Shown: positions 1-11,280, numbered from the stretch's first letter. The stretch is DNA of 64,000 nt from Acidobacteriota bacterium (GCA_040005235.1 JBDTZG010000024.1:13583-77582), one strand, 5' to 3'. The notes: generated from the letters alone by a model not told the origin. Numbers and translations are program-made.

Positions 1-2494
1 CGCCTTTGTTCTCGAGCAGGCGGTAGAAGTTGTCGACCCCCTGGGTCGAGACTCCGTCGACGCTCAGGATCAGCTCGCCCTCTTCGGCGTGGACGCCCGG
101 CTCGGTGAGCGGCGAGCGGAAGTCCTCGTGCCAGTTTTCACCCGGGAAGATCTGGGCGATGCGGAAATAGCCGGACGGATCGGCGGTGACCTCAGCTCCG
201 ATCAGGCCGCCATCCTTCCGCTCGACCGGCGACCAATCGGGCCGCCGTTCGACGTAGGCGTGACCCGAGCCGATTTCGGCCATGATCTCGTTCAACATCC
301 AGTCGAGGTCGTTGCGGCTCGAAACGTAGGGCAGCAGCTCGCCGTAGCGCTTGATGATGGCGGGCCAATCGCGGCCGTGAAGGTTCGGGTCGTAGAACCA
401 GTCGCGGACCAACCTTGCGGCATCGCGGTAGATCTGCGCCCACTCCTCGCGCGGGGAGCTGCGGACCTGCAGATGCGAGAGATCGAGCTTGGCGTCCGGC
501 TTTTGGTCCGACGCGGCGTCGACGATTCCGAAATCGCCGCTCTGGGCGAACAGGATCTTCTTGCCGTCGGCCGACAGGGTGTAGTCGTTCACCAGGGCCA
601 GGACGCTCTTTTCTCCGCGGGCTTCGAGCGAGTAGCGGAACAGCTGGGTGGTCCCCGGGTTGATCTGCTTCAAGTAGTAGAGGGCGTCGCTCGACGCCGA
701 GAGCGAGCGGTAGGCGCCCGGATCGCCGGGGATCGCCCGAACCCGGCCGTCGAAACCGTCGAAATCGACCTGCACCTTGACCGGTTTCCCCGCTTCGGCC
801 GCCTTCGCGGCACCGGTCGGCTCCTCATCGCTCTGCGGCGGGAACAGCGCGGGCTCGTCCTTGTCCAGGGCGCCGACGTAGACGCGGGTCGGATCGATGT
901 AGAGGTACTGGGTCTCAAAGCCGCTGAAGGTGAGCGTGAAGTCGCGGTTCGACAGGAAGTAGAGATAGTGACCGCGCGGGTCCCAGACCGGTTCGAAGTC
1001 GTTGGCGCCGCTGTCGGTCAGCTGCCGGGCTTTGCCATCTTCGAGCGAGTAAACCCAGAGGGAGCTTAGGTGATTCGCGCCGAGCTTCGGGTAGGCGAGG
1101 AACCGGCTGTCGGGCGACCAGCGATAGATTTCGAGCGTGCCGTAGCGGCTTGAATCGGCGTCGCGCACCTTGCCCGTTTCGACGTCGGCGATCCGCAGCC
1201 GGGCCTTCTTGTCGCCGAACGCGAGCTTTTTCGAGTCAGGCGACCAGACCGGCGCGAAGCGCCAGACGTCGCCGTCGGTCGTCACCCGCCGCTCGGGGCC
1301 GTTGCCGTCGCCCGGACGGACCCAAATTTCGTACTCGCCGGTACGGTCAGAGAGATAGGAGACCCACTTGCCGTCCGGCGACCAACTGGCCGACATTTCG
1401 CGGATTCCGGGGGTGGCGGTCAGGTTGCGGATCTCGCCTTTCTCGGCCGGCACGGTGAATAGATCGCCATGCGCGGTGAGCAAGGCGCGCTTGCCCGAAG
1501 GGGAAGGCACGGCGGCCTCCACGCTCTTCGATAGATCGACGATCGACGGCATCGCCTCGGGGAAATCGCCCGAGACGTGGATCGGCACCTTCGCCGTCTC
1601 GCCCCGCTGCGGATCGAACAGCCAGATCCAGCCTCCCGCCTCGTAGACGACCGCGTCGGGGCCGCCGCTCGGCCATTCCACGTCCCAGTCGCCGTTCGTC
1701 ACTTTGGCGGTCGCTTTGGAGCGCGTGTCGTAGGAGAACAGGTTGAGCGTGTGGTCTTTGTCGGAGGCGTAGAAGATTTGATCGCCGATCCAAACCGGCC
1801 ACATCTCGTTTTCCGGCGTCTTGGTGATCTGCTCGGCGCTGTCCTTGGCGAAGTCGTAGATCCAGACATCCGGCGTCCGGCCGCCCCGATGGCGCTTCCA
1901 GTTGCGGAACTCGCGGCCGATCGGGGTGTAAGCGAAACGCGTTCCATCGGGTGACATCGACCCCGCGCCCCCTTCCGGCATGCGCATCGGCTCTTCCATG
2001 CCGCCCGCGGCGGGCACCGTGTAGGGCCGGCCGACCCGTTCGTCGTAGCCCGTCCGGTTGGCGCGGAAGACGATCTTCTTGCCGTCCGGGGTCCAATCGA
2101 GGATCACGTTGTCGTATCCGCCGCGCGCCGGAAGCTCCCCGATGTCGTTTCGGAACGTCAGCTGCTTGGGCTCGCCGCCGTCGGCCGAGACCACGTAGAC
2201 CTGGCGGGTGCCGCTGTATTCACCCGAAAATGCCACCCATTTGCCGTCGGGCGAGAGCTTGGGGAACAGCTCCTGGCCGGGGTGCGAGGTCAACCGCCGC
2301 GCTTCGCCGCCCGCGCGGGGGACGATCCAAACGTCGCCGGCATAGACGAAGACGATCCGGTCGCGCGAGACGTCCGGCGTATGGAGCATGCGGGTGCCGC
2401 CGTCGAGTTGAGCGAACGCGGAGGGCGGGGCGACGAAGGCAAACGCGGCGAGCAATGCGAACAGGCCGAGGAGCGGCGACGGGCGTTTCTTCAC
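1..2494 (-). CDS. Tricorn-type protease (S41 peptidase with PD40/beta-propeller repeats and PDZ), runs off the window edge
   Basis: Absent from the ORF track because there is no stop in the window. Manual translation from GTG at 2494 (RBS GGAAAGGAA): signal peptide, then ..PDVSRDRIVFVYAGDVW..ARRLTSHPGQELFPKLSPDGKWVAFSGEY..FRNWKRHRGG.., the typical tricorn N-terminus; PDZ-like segment near position 1. Confidence 0.9.
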   Translation of the reverse strand, partial: MKKRPSPLLGLFALLAAFAFVAPPSAFAQLDGGTRMLHTPDVSRDRIVFVYAGDVWIVPRAGGEARRLTSHPGQELFPKLSPDGKWVAFSGEYSGTRQVYVVSADGGEPKQLTFRNDIGELPARGGYDNVILDWTPDGKKIVFRANRTGYDERVGRPYTVPAAGGMEEPMRMPEGGAGSMSPDGTRFAYTPIGREFRNWKRHRGGRTPDVWIYDFAKDSAEQITKTPENEMWPVWIGDQIFYASDKDHTLNLFSYDTRSKATAKVTNGDWDVEWPSGGPDAVVYEAGGWIWLFDPQRGETAKVPIHVSGDFPEAMPSIVDLSKSVEAAVPSPSGKRALLTAHGDLFTVPAEKGEIRNLTATPGIREMSASWSPDGKWVSYLSDRTGEYEIWVRPGDGNGPERRVTTDGDVWRFAPVWSPDSKKLAFGDKKARLRIADVETGKVRDADSSRYGTLEIYRWSPDSRFLAYPKLGANHLSSLWVYSLEDGKARQLTDSGANDFEPVWDPRGHYLYFLSNRDFTLTFSGFETQYLYIDPTRVYVGALDKDEPALFPPQSDEEPTGAAKAAEAGKPVKVQVDFDGFDGRVRAIPGDPGAYRSLSASSDALYYLKQINPGTTQLFRYSLEARGEKSVLALVNDYTLSADGKKILFAQSGDFGIVDAASDQKPDAKLDLSHLQVRSSPREEWAQIYRDAARLVRDWFYDPNLHGRDWPAIIKRYGELLPYVSSRNDLDWMLNEIMAEIGSGHAYVERRPDWSPVERKDGGLIGAEVTADPSGYFRIAQIFPGENWHEDFRSPLTEPGVHAEEGELILSVDGVSTQGVDNFYRLLENKG

Positions 2495-2590
2495 AAGGCG
2501 TTCCTTTCCGGAGGGGTGACGCGAACCGGCTGATCCTGTCTTTACGGGGCGGCGGAGCGCAAGTTGCCATCCCCAGGTAGGATGGCCCTC

Positions 2591-3169
2591 ATGCAGACCC
2601 CTCAGATCGTGCGGCTCCAGGACGTGACCCCCAACCCCTGGAAGAATGGCGGGGGACAGACCCGCGAGCTTCTGGCTTGGCCTGAGGTCGACCGGTGGCG
2701 CTTGCGGGTGAGCGTCGCCGAGATCGGAAGCGACGGGCCGTTCTCTTCGTTTTCCGGCGTCACCCGCTGGTTTGCCGTGGTGGCCGGGAAAGGCGTGGTG
2801 CTCCGGTTCGGTTCCGAGGAGCGTCGGCTCTCGATGGGCAGCGATCCTCTGCGGTTCGACGGGGCCTGGTCTCCCGGCTGTCAGCTGGTCGACGGGCCGA
2901 CTCTCGATTTGAACCTGATGATCTGCGACGGACGAGGCACTATGACCACGGCGTATTCGGGCAAGCCCTGGGGGGAGAATTTCGCCCAACGCGGCCTGTT
3001 CGCCCGAGCGGCCGGTCGCTGGGTCCCCGATCAGGGCGAGCCGCTGGCGCTTTCGCCGAACACTCTCCTCTGGCAACCTGAGGCGAACCCCGGCCTCTGG
3101 CGCTTCGAACCCGACTCGGTCGCCCCCGAAAACACCGCCGTCGGCTGGTGGCTGGGCTTCACCCCTTAG
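2591..3169 (+). CDS. HutD/Ves family protein
   Basis: PWKNGGGQTRE..W..RVSVAEIGSDGPFSSFSG motif and DLNLM. Confidence 0.88.
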   Translation: MQTPQIVRLQDVTPNPWKNGGGQTRELLAWPEVDRWRLRVSVAEIGSDGPFSSFSGVTRWFAVVAGKGVVLRFGSEERRLSMGSDPLRFDGAWSPGCQLVDGPTLDLNLMICDGRGTMTTAYSGKPWGENFAQRGLFARAAGRWVPDQGEPLALSPNTLLWQPEANPGLWRFEPDSVAPENTAVGWWLGFTP

Positions 3170-3198
3170 AGAGGGCTTGCGCCCTCCCCGCCGATGGT

Positions 3199-4272
3199 TC
3201 AGACGCCGTGCGAGCCGGGGGCCTGATCGGGCGACTCGGGCGGCTCGGGCCGAACCACGGGCGGCGCCGGCAGGGCGATGCCGTGCGCCGCGAAATCTTC
3301 GAGCACGGCGAGCAGCACGGCCTGCTGGCGATCCATGTACAGGTTCATGTTCGAGCCGATGACGAAGTAAACCAGCTCGATCTCGATCCCGATCCGGCCG
3401 ATCGCCGTGACGTGCGCGCGATCGAAACGCAGATCGCTCTGGCCCGCGACGATCGCCTGGAACCGAGCGGGAATCGCCCCCAACTCGGCCGGAGGAGTAT
3501 CGAGCGCCACGGATAACGTAAGCGCCACCCGCCGCTCGGCCATCCGCCCGAAATTGTGCAGCCGGCTCTTGAGCAGATCGCCGTTCGAAAAGATCAGCTG
3601 CTCGCCTGAGGTGCTGCGGATGCGGGTGGTCTTCAAACCGATCGATTCGACCGAGCCCGACAGGTCGTCGACTTGAATCAAATCGCCGAGAACGAACGGT
3701 TTGTCGATCAGGATGGTGAGCGAGGCGAACAGGTCGGCGAGGATGTTCTGGGTTGCGAGAGCGAGCGCCAGGCCGCCGACCCCGAGCCCGGCGATCAGGG
3801 CCGTCACCTGAACGCCCAGCGCATCGAGCGCCGCCAAGGCCAACACTGCGCCGAGGATCAGCTTGCCGAGAAACTTGAGCGCCGAAAGGGTCGTCGCGGA
3901 GGCCGGATCGAATCCCGTCCGCTTCTGCCGCCGGTCGATCCAGAAATCGATCGCCGCCGAAACCCAGAGGGCCGCCTGAAGGAAGATCGCGATCACCGCG
4001 ACGGTGCCGAGCACCCGCTCCAAACGGAGCGGCAAATGTACGGCGAGCGCGCCGAGGCGGAGCGTGACGGCGAGCAGCAGGATGCGGCGGGTGCGACGGG
4101 CGAGCACGACCGCGAAATCGTCGAACGGCGTCTCGGTCCTCTCGGCGCGCGGCGCCAGACGAACCACGATCAGGCGGCGAATCAACAGGGCCAGCCCAAA
4201 GACGCCGAGCGCCAACCCAAGCGCCGCGGACCAGCTCTGCCAGGAATTGCCGAACGGCTCGAAGGGGATCAC
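3199..4272 (-). CDS. Small-conductance mechanosensitive channel (MscS family)
   Basis: TM helices, then LIAGLGVGGLALALATQ..DKPFVLGDLI..GSVESIGLKTTRIRS. Confidence 0.92.
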   Translation of the reverse strand: MIPFEPFGNSWQSWSAALGLALGVFGLALLIRRLIVVRLAPRAERTETPFDDFAVVLARRTRRILLLAVTLRLGALAVHLPLRLERVLGTVAVIAIFLQAALWVSAAIDFWIDRRQKRTGFDPASATTLSALKFLGKLILGAVLALAALDALGVQVTALIAGLGVGGLALALATQNILADLFASLTILIDKPFVLGDLIQVDDLSGSVESIGLKTTRIRSTSGEQLIFSNGDLLKSRLHNFGRMAERRVALTLSVALDTPPAELGAIPARFQAIVAGQSDLRFDRAHVTAIGRIGIEIELVYFVIGSNMNLYMDRQQAVLLAVLEDFAAHGIALPAPPVVRPEPPESPDQAPGSHGV

Positions 4273-4452
4273 GGGAAGCTCGAAAAGGTCAAGTTAAGAA
4301 AAAGTCCGAAAAAGCTGCCGGGCACATTGGGTCGTCTTCCGACGGTCGGCCTGAGAATGCTATCAGTTCCCGGATCGCACCCAGGGCGGGGGTAACGAAA
4401 GGCGGGCGGGTGCGCCCATTATCTGGATTGCTTACCCTTAAGGGAGCTTCCG

Positions 4453-5640
4453 ATGAACTCTTCGCACCTGCCGTCCGCCCTGGTTCTCTTCTCGCTCCTG
4501 CTCGGCACCTTGCCGGCCGAAGCGAACAACTGCACCGCGGATCTCGTCCCCGCCGCGACCCTGTTGTTGCCCTATTTCCAAGTCGACCTCGGAAACGCCG
4601 CGGGCGCCAACACGACGTTTTCGATCCAGAACGTCGGCCCGAACGGCGTTTTGACGAAAGTCGAGCTGTGGAGCGACCTCGCCGTGCCGGCCGGCGGGTT
4701 CATGATGTATTTGAGGCCGCGGGAGCGCCGGACCGTCGATCTGCGGAGGGTTCTCAACTGCGCACTGCCCGCGACGGTGAATCCGGCCGGCACCTTCCCG
4801 AGTTGCACCGGCGCACTCCCTCCGAGCGCCGCTTTCTGCGCCATGTACGACTGGAAGAAGACGTTGACCGGCAAGCCCTCGACGTTCCTCGGGGGAAACT
4901 GCGGCGGACGGAACTTCAACGACTCGATCGCCCGGGGCTACCTAACGATCGACACGATGAACACGTGTACGACGCGATTTCAGGGCGACCCCGGTTTCTG
5001 GTCCTCGGGCGGCACCGGCGACGCCTCGAACCAGAACGTCCTGGCCGGCGATTTCGCGATCGCCGATACCTCGACTGGACCCGCGTTCAGCGCCCCGCTG
5101 GTCTCGATCGAAGCCCGCGTCGCCGATCCGGAGACGGCGACCGCGGGCAATGCCACGTTCTACGGCACTCAGGACGGCTGGATCGCGGCGGACAACCGCG
5201 AGCCGCTCGCGGGGATCTACGGACCTCGCTTTAGCACGGCGCCCCGCGTCGGTTCGACCGACCTGATCGTCTGGCGCGATCCGAAAGTGGATCAGAACCC
5301 CTTCACCTGCGGCACGGTTCCGGCCTGGTTTCCACTGTCGCAGACTTCAATCATCCGATACACCGACGCGGGCGCGGCGACACTCCTTGGCGGCACGCCT
5401 TTTCCCGCCGCCGCGCAACGGGTCTCGGCCCTCCCCCTGACCGGCGCCTTGGGTGGCAGCGGCTGGCTCCGCCTCGATCTGAACTTCAGCTCTGCGGCGG
5501 CCGGCAACAATCCCCCCGAAGCCCCGAATCGCGCCCAGGCGTGGGTCGGCACCTTGATCAAACAGATCGGCAAATATCCGGTGAGCTTCGAGTCCGTGGC
5601 GTTGAACAACGGCTGCACCGGGACGCTCGGCTACCCGTAG
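4453..5640 (+). CDS. Secreted Cys-containing hypothetical protein (PAATLLLPYF family)
   Basis: Signal peptide, CTADLVPAATLLLPYFQVDL motif, several Cys; function unknown. Confidence 0.7.
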   Translation: MNSSHLPSALVLFSLLLGTLPAEANNCTADLVPAATLLLPYFQVDLGNAAGANTTFSIQNVGPNGVLTKVELWSDLAVPAGGFMMYLRPRERRTVDLRRVLNCALPATVNPAGTFPSCTGALPPSAAFCAMYDWKKTLTGKPSTFLGGNCGGRNFNDSIARGYLTIDTMNTCTTRFQGDPGFWSSGGTGDASNQNVLAGDFAIADTSTGPAFSAPLVSIEARVADPETATAGNATFYGTQDGWIAADNREPLAGIYGPRFSTAPRVGSTDLIVWRDPKVDQNPFTCGTVPAWFPLSQTSIIRYTDAGAATLLGGTPFPAAAQRVSALPLTGALGGSGWLRLDLNFSSAAAGNNPPEAPNRAQAWVGTLIKQIGKYPVSFESVALNNGCTGTLGYP

Positions 5641-5643
5641 AAC

Positions 5644-7476
5644 CTAAGGGACGACCGGAGGGGTCGTCGCCAGCGCCGAAAGCTCGGCAATCGAGCGAAC
5701 GACCCCTCCGCGGACGACGTAACGCACCTGACGCAAATTGCGGATCGCGGCGGTCGGGTCGGCGCCGACGATCAGCAGGTCGGCGAGCTTGCCCTTTTCG
5801 ACCGTGCCGATTTCGGCGGAGCGCCCCAAGGCGCGGGCTCCCCCTCTTGTCGCGCTTATCAAAATGTCGCTTGGTGACATTCCCGCCGCCTGCATCGCTT
5901 CCATCTCTGCGTAAATCGACGGACCGTGGAGGGTGAGAGGGTTGCCCGCATCGGTGCCCATCGCGATCGTGATTCCGGCGGCGACCACTTTTTTCAAATT
6001 CTCCGCGCCGATCTTTTCCCGCGCGGCATTGCGCTCGCCGCGGACTTGGATCTGCTCGGCGGTGCGGCCCGCGGCGACCTTCGCCGTCTCCGCAACCCGG
6101 GCTCGGGTGACCGGATCGACACAGCCGTTCGGATCGTCGATCTCGGGTGCCTTGCCGCCAAGCGCCCCTTCGAACATCCGCTGGTAGCCGGCGCCCACGG
6201 TAAGCGTCGGGACGTAGACCACGTTCTTCTCCTTCGCGAGGAGAAGGAACTCGTCATCCACGGGCAGATCGGTCACGCTGTGGACGAGAACCGCCACTCC
6301 GAGGCGGAGCGACTCCTTTGCTTCTTTGAGACCGGTCGCATGAGCGATCAGGGGGAGCTTTTTCGCGGCGGCCTCTTCGGCCGCGGCACGGACCACCGCC
6401 GCCAGCTCTTCGAACGGGCGGCTGTCGTCGACGATGAACCAAACCTTCACCGCGTGGCTCCCGCGCGCGGCGAGATAGCGCACCCCCTCGCGCGCGGCAT
6501 CGGCGTCCTTCAAATAGATCATCTGCCGCTCGCCCGGCAGATTTAGCCAGTGGTCGATCGTGGTGAGCAGCGGTCCCGCGGCCCTCACCCGGGGGGCGAG
6601 CGTGTCGTCTTCCGTTTTGGCCGGCAGGCCGAGCGTCCAGGCGAAGCCGCCGACATCGAACACGGATGTCACGCCGGCGCAGAGCTGCGAGCGATAAAAG
6701 CGCTCCGGGTGGGCCGCGAGATCGGCGATCGTCTCGGCATAGGTATGGCGATCGCGCACGTCGAGCGCATCGGGCCGGGCGTCCGCCCAGCCGGTCTGGG
6801 AAAAATGGACGTGGGCGTCGATCAATCCCGGCGTGAGCCACTGGCCTTTGAGGTCGAGCACGTCGACTCCAGAAGGCACCGGGCAGGCCGCGCGGGTCCC
6901 GGCGCAATCGATCTTCCCTTCGCGCAGGACGACCACCGAATCGGGAATCGGAGCCGCCCCGGTGCCGTCGATCAACGTCGCCCCGACCAGCGCCTTGGGG
7001 GCCGGCGGTACCCCGGGAAGTGCCTCGAACGCGGTCGAGACGCCGATCTTCCAGCCTTTCGGGGTCGCCAGGAAGAAGCGTTCGGAAATCCCCGACTGCT
7101 CGACCGCGCCATATCGCACTCTGTAGCGGTAGGTGCCGTAGACGAGGCCAGGCCGCACCGGAGTCAGGTGCATGTCCTCGGCTTCGATATGGTCGGGCCA
7201 TCCGGTGCCCACGCCCTTGGCGAACTCAGCGAAACCGACCGACATGCCGTCCGGCCCGGTGCGCGCGAAGCTCTCTTCCGGCAGATAGCAGGCCAGATAG
7301 GCGTCTTTGTCCTTCTTGCGGATCGCTTCGAGGTTCGCCTCGAACACCTTCTTTGCGCCCGCGAGATCGGCCGAAGAGCCGGCGGATGACTTTGCGGCGT
7401 TTGCAGGAATCGCGGGAAGCGCGAGGACTAAGCCCAAGACGGCGAGCGAGACGCGACGACCTGCGGTGCGGTTCAT
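5644..7476 (-). CDS. Secreted amidohydrolase with an N-terminal SnoaL/NTF2-like domain
   Basis: PGLIDAHVH, MGTDAGN, IGTVEKGKLADLLIV; the ~130-aa N-terminal domain looks NTF2-like. Confidence 0.85.
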   Translation of the reverse strand: MNRTAGRRVSLAVLGLVLALPAIPANAAKSSAGSSADLAGAKKVFEANLEAIRKKDKDAYLACYLPEESFARTGPDGMSVGFAEFAKGVGTGWPDHIEAEDMHLTPVRPGLVYGTYRYRVRYGAVEQSGISERFFLATPKGWKIGVSTAFEALPGVPPAPKALVGATLIDGTGAAPIPDSVVVLREGKIDCAGTRAACPVPSGVDVLDLKGQWLTPGLIDAHVHFSQTGWADARPDALDVRDRHTYAETIADLAAHPERFYRSQLCAGVTSVFDVGGFAWTLGLPAKTEDDTLAPRVRAAGPLLTTIDHWLNLPGERQMIYLKDADAAREGVRYLAARGSHAVKVWFIVDDSRPFEELAAVVRAAAEEAAAKKLPLIAHATGLKEAKESLRLGVAVLVHSVTDLPVDDEFLLLAKEKNVVYVPTLTVGAGYQRMFEGALGGKAPEIDDPNGCVDPVTRARVAETAKVAAGRTAEQIQVRGERNAAREKIGAENLKKVVAAGITIAMGTDAGNPLTLHGPSIYAEMEAMQAAGMSPSDILISATRGGARALGRSAEIGTVEKGKLADLLIVGADPTAAIRNLRQVRYVVRGGVVRSIAELSALATTPPVVP

Positions 7477-7552
7477 GAGGCTCTCCCCAAAGTTTTGGGG
7501 GACTCTATCAACCGGCGGGGGTACCAGCGGGAGCGGCGACCTTCGGAGGGGG

Positions 7553-7627
7553 TGGCTCCTCGGGAGGGATTTGAACCCCCAACATTTCGGTTAACAGCCG
7601 AACGCTCTACCATTGAGCTACCGAGGA
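7553..7627 (-). tRNA. tRNA-Asn (GTT)
   Basis: Reverse complement TCCTCGGTAGCTCAATGGTAGAGCGTTCGGCTGTTAACCGAAATGTTGGGGGTTCAAATCCCTCCCGAGGAGCCA folds into a cloverleaf with GTT anticodon and CCA end. Confidence 0.97.
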
Positions 7628-7720
7628 ATATCGAAGCAACTACGCGGTGCACCTGGGCGCGCCGGAGGGCGGATTCTAGGGGCGGTCGGAAGGGTTGTCA
7701 ATTCTGGGGCGGACGAAACC

Positions 7721-8539
7721 CTACTCGATCAGCCCTTCGAGCGGAGAGGAGGCGTTCGCGTAGAGCTTCTTGGGGATTCGGCCGGCGTTGGCGGCGAGCC
7801 AGCCGGCTTCGACGCCGAGTTTCATCGCGAGCGCCATCCGGACCGGGTCTTGCGCTTCGGCGACCGCCGTGTTCATCAGGACGCCGTCCGCCCCCAACTC
7901 CATCGCTAGTGCCGCGTCGCTTGCGGTCCCCACTCCCGCATCGACGATCACCGGAACGTTCGCCTGCTCGACGATGATCTTCAGGTTCGCCCGGTTACGG
8001 ATGCCCATCCCGGAGCCGATCGGCGCGCCGAGTGGCATAACGGCCGCGGCGCCCAGCTCTTCCAGACGACGGCAGACGACCGGATCGTCGTTGGTGTAGG
8101 GCAAAACGATGAACCCTTCCGCGACCAGAATCTCGGTCGCCTTGAGCAGCTCGACGGTGTCCGGAAAGAGCGTCTTCTTGTCGCCGATTACTTCGAGCTT
8201 CACCCAGTTCCAGCCACCTAGCTCGCGCGCCAGGCGCGCCGTGCGCACCGCCTCATCGGCCGTGTAGCAGCCGGCGGTGTTGGGCAGCAAGAGATAGCGC
8301 TCCGGATCGATGTAGTCGATCAGCGAGCCTTTGCCCAGGGCATCCAAGTTCACGCGGCGAAGCGCCACGGTGACCACCTCGGTGCCCGAGGCGTCGAGCG
8401 CTGCCACCATCGAAGGGAAGCTCGGGTATTTCCCGGTGCCGAGGATCAGGCGGGAGCGGAAGGTCCGGTCGGCGATCGTGAGCGGCGCGACTTCCGAGGT
8501 TGAGGCAGGGGGCGAGATCATCGTTTCCGTGGCTTCCAT
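7721..8539 (-). CDS. thiG: Thiazole synthase
   Basis: [43 protein letters not shown]. Confidence 0.97.
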   Translation of the reverse strand: MEATETMISPPASTSEVAPLTIADRTFRSRLILGTGKYPSFPSMVAALDASGTEVVTVALRRVNLDALGKGSLIDYIDPERYLLLPNTAGCYTADEAVRTARLARELGGWNWVKLEVIGDKKTLFPDTVELLKATEILVAEGFIVLPYTNDDPVVCRRLEELGAAAVMPLGAPIGSGMGIRNRANLKIIVEQANVPVIVDAGVGTASDAALAMELGADGVLMNTAVAEAQDPVRMALAMKLGVEAGWLAANAGRIPKKLYANASSPLEGLIE

Positions 8540-8574
8540 AGAGCGATTCTAGTCGGAGAGGGAGCAGGCAAAAC

Positions 8575-9063
8575 TTAGTGGGGCCCGCATGCGCGCGGCT
8601 CGACCGTAGACACGAATCTCACCGGCTTGTCGGAGCGCGCCAGGGCGACTACGTGGTGCGGCCGTTCAGCGACGATGCAGGTGCATTGGCCGCTCGCCGG
8701 CTGTTCGAGCAGATCGACCACCAGCTCGGCCGCGCGCTCTTCGACCCCGCGCACCGTGATGCCCGAAACGCAGCTTTGAGTGGGAAGTGCCACGGCGATC
8801 ACCATCTTCCGGGCGAAATCGATCTGCGGCAGTTCTTCGCCCGGGCCGCTCCCCTTTTTCAGGCTGTCCCAGCCGGCGCGGAAGGCTGTCGCGTCGCGAT
8901 AGACCTCTCGCATCTGCTCGCCGGCTTGGCCCGGCATCGAGCGCTGGTCGAGCGTTTCGAGGGCGATCGGGTCGGTGGCCGGGGCGGCTGAGCCAGGTTG
9001 CGGCCCGGCCGCGCAGGCTAGCGCGGCGAGGCCGAGAGCCAGGAGTCCGGTAGCTTTAGACAT
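8575..9063 (-). CDS. Lipoprotein, PrcB C-terminal-like domain
   Basis: Lipobox LAALAC; P-IDF..MVIAV..C..PHHVV pattern. Confidence 0.6.
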   Translation of the reverse strand: MSKATGLLALGLAALACAAGPQPGSAAPATDPIALETLDQRSMPGQAGEQMREVYRDATAFRAGWDSLKKGSGPGEELPQIDFARKMVIAVALPTQSCVSGITVRGVEERAAELVVDLLEQPASGQCTCIVAERPHHVVALARSDKPVRFVSTVEPRACGPH

Positions 9064-9074
9064 CGCAGACCTCC

Positions 9075-9476
9075 TCAAAACGCCGCCGCCAACACCTCGA
9101 CCGGCTCGGCGGTTTCGATTCCCAACGCCGCGACGTTGCGGTTCTTCTCGTCGACGAAAACGAGCTTGGGATGATGATCGCGCAGCTCCTCGGCCTCGTA
9201 CTCGGCAAACGTCGCGAGAATCACCAGATCTCCCGCCTTCGCCTTGTGCGCCGCCGCTCCATTCAGACAGATCTCCCCCCGGCCCCGTTTGCCGGGGATC
9301 GCGTAGGTCGCAAGGCGCTCGCCGTTGGTGACGTTGTAGATCTCGATCCGCTCATGCTCCAGGATGTCGGCCGCTTCGAGCAACAGCGGGTCGATCGTCA
9401 CCGAACCCTGGTAATGGAGATTCGCTTCGGTCACCGTCGCCCGGTGGATCTTCGATTTGAGCATCGTGCGCTTCAT
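9075..9476 (-). CDS. panD: Aspartate 1-decarboxylase
   Basis: [24 protein letters not shown] (G-S autocleavage site), ICLNGAAAH; true start is the ATG at 9476 inside the longer track ORF. Confidence 0.96.
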   Translation of the reverse strand: MKRTMLKSKIHRATVTEANLHYQGSVTIDPLLLEAADILEHERIEIYNVTNGERLATYAIPGKRGRGEICLNGAAAHKAKAGDLVILATFAEYEAEELRDHHPKLVFVDEKNRNVAALGIETAEPVEVLAAAF

Positions 9477-9490
9477 GGTCCTAAAGCCCC

Positions 9491-10342
9491 CTAGCTCTCG
9501 ATGGAGAGATGGAAGTTGTCGATCAATCGGGTGCCGCCCACGCGAACCGCGAGCGGCAGCACAATTTCTCCCGAGAGGGTCGCCGCCGGACGAAACGTCT
9601 CGGCATCGACCGCCTCGGCATACTCCAAAATCACGAGCGGTTCGCTCGCGAGCCCTGCGCGAAGAATCCTCCGCACCTCGTCCCCGCTCCGCTCCCCCGC
9701 TTCGATCGCTTCCCGCGCCGCGACCAGCGAGCGATGGAGCACGGTCGCCGCGCTCCGCTCTTCGCCGTTGAGGAACACGTTGCGCGACGACATGGCGAGC
9801 CCGTCCGGCTCGCGCATCGTCTCGCCCGGAACGATCTCGACCGGAAAATGCAGGTCGCGGACCAGCTTGCAGATCACCGCCAGCTGTTGCGCGTCCTTCC
9901 GGCCGAACACCGCGAGATCGGGCCGCACCAGGTTGAACAGCGCGGCCACGACTGTCGCGACGCCACGAAAATGGCCGGGCCGAAATTCCCCTTCGAGCCC
10001 TTCGGCCGGACCGCCGGGCTCGATGAAGACCGTGTGCCCTTCCGGGTAGATCGTCTGGACGTCGGGAAGGAACAACAGGTCGCAGCCTGCGGCCTCCAAC
10101 ATCTCGGCGTCGCGCTCGGGCTGGCGCGGATAGCTCGACAGATCCTCGGCCCGGTTGAACTGGGTCGGATTGACGAACACCGAAGCGACCACCCGGTCCG
10201 AGCGTTCGCGCGCCGCGCGGACGAGCGACAGGTGTCCCTCGTGGAGCGCGCCCATGGTCGGCACGAACCCCACCGTCCGGCCCCGAACGGCCCAGAGCGC
10301 CAGCTCTTGGCGGAGCCCCGCCTTGTCGCGAATCTGCAGCAT
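9491..10342 (-). CDS. panC: Pantoate-beta-alanine ligase
   Basis: [37 protein letters not shown]. Confidence 0.97.
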   Translation of the reverse strand: MLQIRDKAGLRQELALWAVRGRTVGFVPTMGALHEGHLSLVRAARERSDRVVASVFVNPTQFNRAEDLSSYPRQPERDAEMLEAAGCDLLFLPDVQTIYPEGHTVFIEPGGPAEGLEGEFRPGHFRGVATVVAALFNLVRPDLAVFGRKDAQQLAVICKLVRDLHFPVEIVPGETMREPDGLAMSSRNVFLNGEERSAATVLHRSLVAAREAIEAGERSGDEVRRILRAGLASEPLVILEYAEAVDAETFRPAATLSGEIVLPLAVRVGGTRLIDNFHLSIES

Positions 10343-10351
10343 CGGTTCCCT

Positions 10352-11191
10352 TTAGCCGTAGATCTTGCGCAGCTCGGGTTTCGGTTCGAGCGCGCCGTAG
10401 GTCTCTTCCGCCGAGGGAAAGCTCCCCTCGCGCACGTCTTTGGCAAAGCGCTCGATCGCCTCGCGCGAAGCCACTCCCAACTCCGCGTAGCGCCGCACGA
10501 AACGGGGGGCGATCCGCTCTTCCAGGCCCAGCAGGTCGTGGTAGACCAGCACCTGACCGTCGCACGCGGCGCCCGCGCCGATGCCGATCGTCGGGATCGC
10601 CAGGCGTTCGGAGATCTCTTCCCCGAGATCGCTCGGCACGCATTCGAGAACGAGGGAGAACGCGCCCGCCTCTTCCAATTCCAGCGCGGCATCGACCATT
10701 TCCCGCGCCGCGTCATGGCTGCGGCCTTGGACTTTGTATCCGCCGAGGCGATGGACCGACTGAGGGGTGAGCCCGAGGTGCGCCATCACCGGCACCTCGG
10801 CGGAAACGAGCGCGCGGACCACTTCGGGCCGGCCGCCTTCGATCTTCACCGCCTGCGCGCCCGCTTCTTTGACGAACCGGATCGCCGAGGCGACCGCCTG
10901 GTCGGGACCCAGATGGAACGAGCCGTAGGGCATGTCGGCGACCAGCAGGGCGCGCTCGACCCCCCGGCGCACGGCGCGGGTGTGATGGATCATTTCGTCC
11001 AGGGTGACCGACAGCGTGTCCGGATGGCCGAGCACGACCATCGCGAGCGAGTCGCCGACCAGGACGATGTCGGCCCCCGCGGCATCCGCCGTCTTGCCCT
11101 GGGGGAAGTCGTAAGCGGTGACCATGACCAGACGTTCGCCGCGGTTTGGGGCTTCGACGATCGAGGGAACCGTGATGCGCTTCGCAGCCAT
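10352..11191 (-). CDS. panB: 3-methyl-2-oxobutanoate hydroxymethyltransferase
   Basis: [40 protein letters not shown]. Confidence 0.97.
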   Translation of the reverse strand: MAAKRITVPSIVEAPNRGERLVMVTAYDFPQGKTADAAGADIVLVGDSLAMVVLGHPDTLSVTLDEMIHHTRAVRRGVERALLVADMPYGSFHLGPDQAVASAIRFVKEAGAQAVKIEGGRPEVVRALVSAEVPVMAHLGLTPQSVHRLGGYKVQGRSHDAAREMVDAALELEEAGAFSLVLECVPSDLGEEISERLAIPTIGIGAGAACDGQVLVYHDLLGLEERIAPRFVRRYAELGVASREAIERFAKDVREGSFPSAEETYGALEPKPELRKIYG

Positions 11192-11241
11192 TCGTTCGCG
11201 CTCCGATTTCTCGCCCGGGGTCTACCTCAAGAGGAGCCCCG

Positions 11242-11280
11242 AAAAGCGAAAAGCCCTTCACGCCAGGGAGGCGGAAGGGC
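11242..11280 (-). terminator. Intrinsic terminator/attenuator in the panB leader
   Basis: Minus strand GCCCTTC-CGCC-TCCCT-GGCG-T-GAAGGGC followed by TTTTCGCTTTTC. Confidence 0.75.

Noticed and set aside
89-1069. Long + strand ORFs over 1-2500 and similar antisense ORFs throughout (e.g. 9509-11542, 60786-62111)
   Set aside because: They are shadows of real genes on the opposite strand in high-GC DNA and carry no family motifs.
7553-7627. tRNA-Asn as an island integration site
   Set aside because: No integrase or duplicated tRNA 3' end was seen, and the flanking genes are backbone-like.
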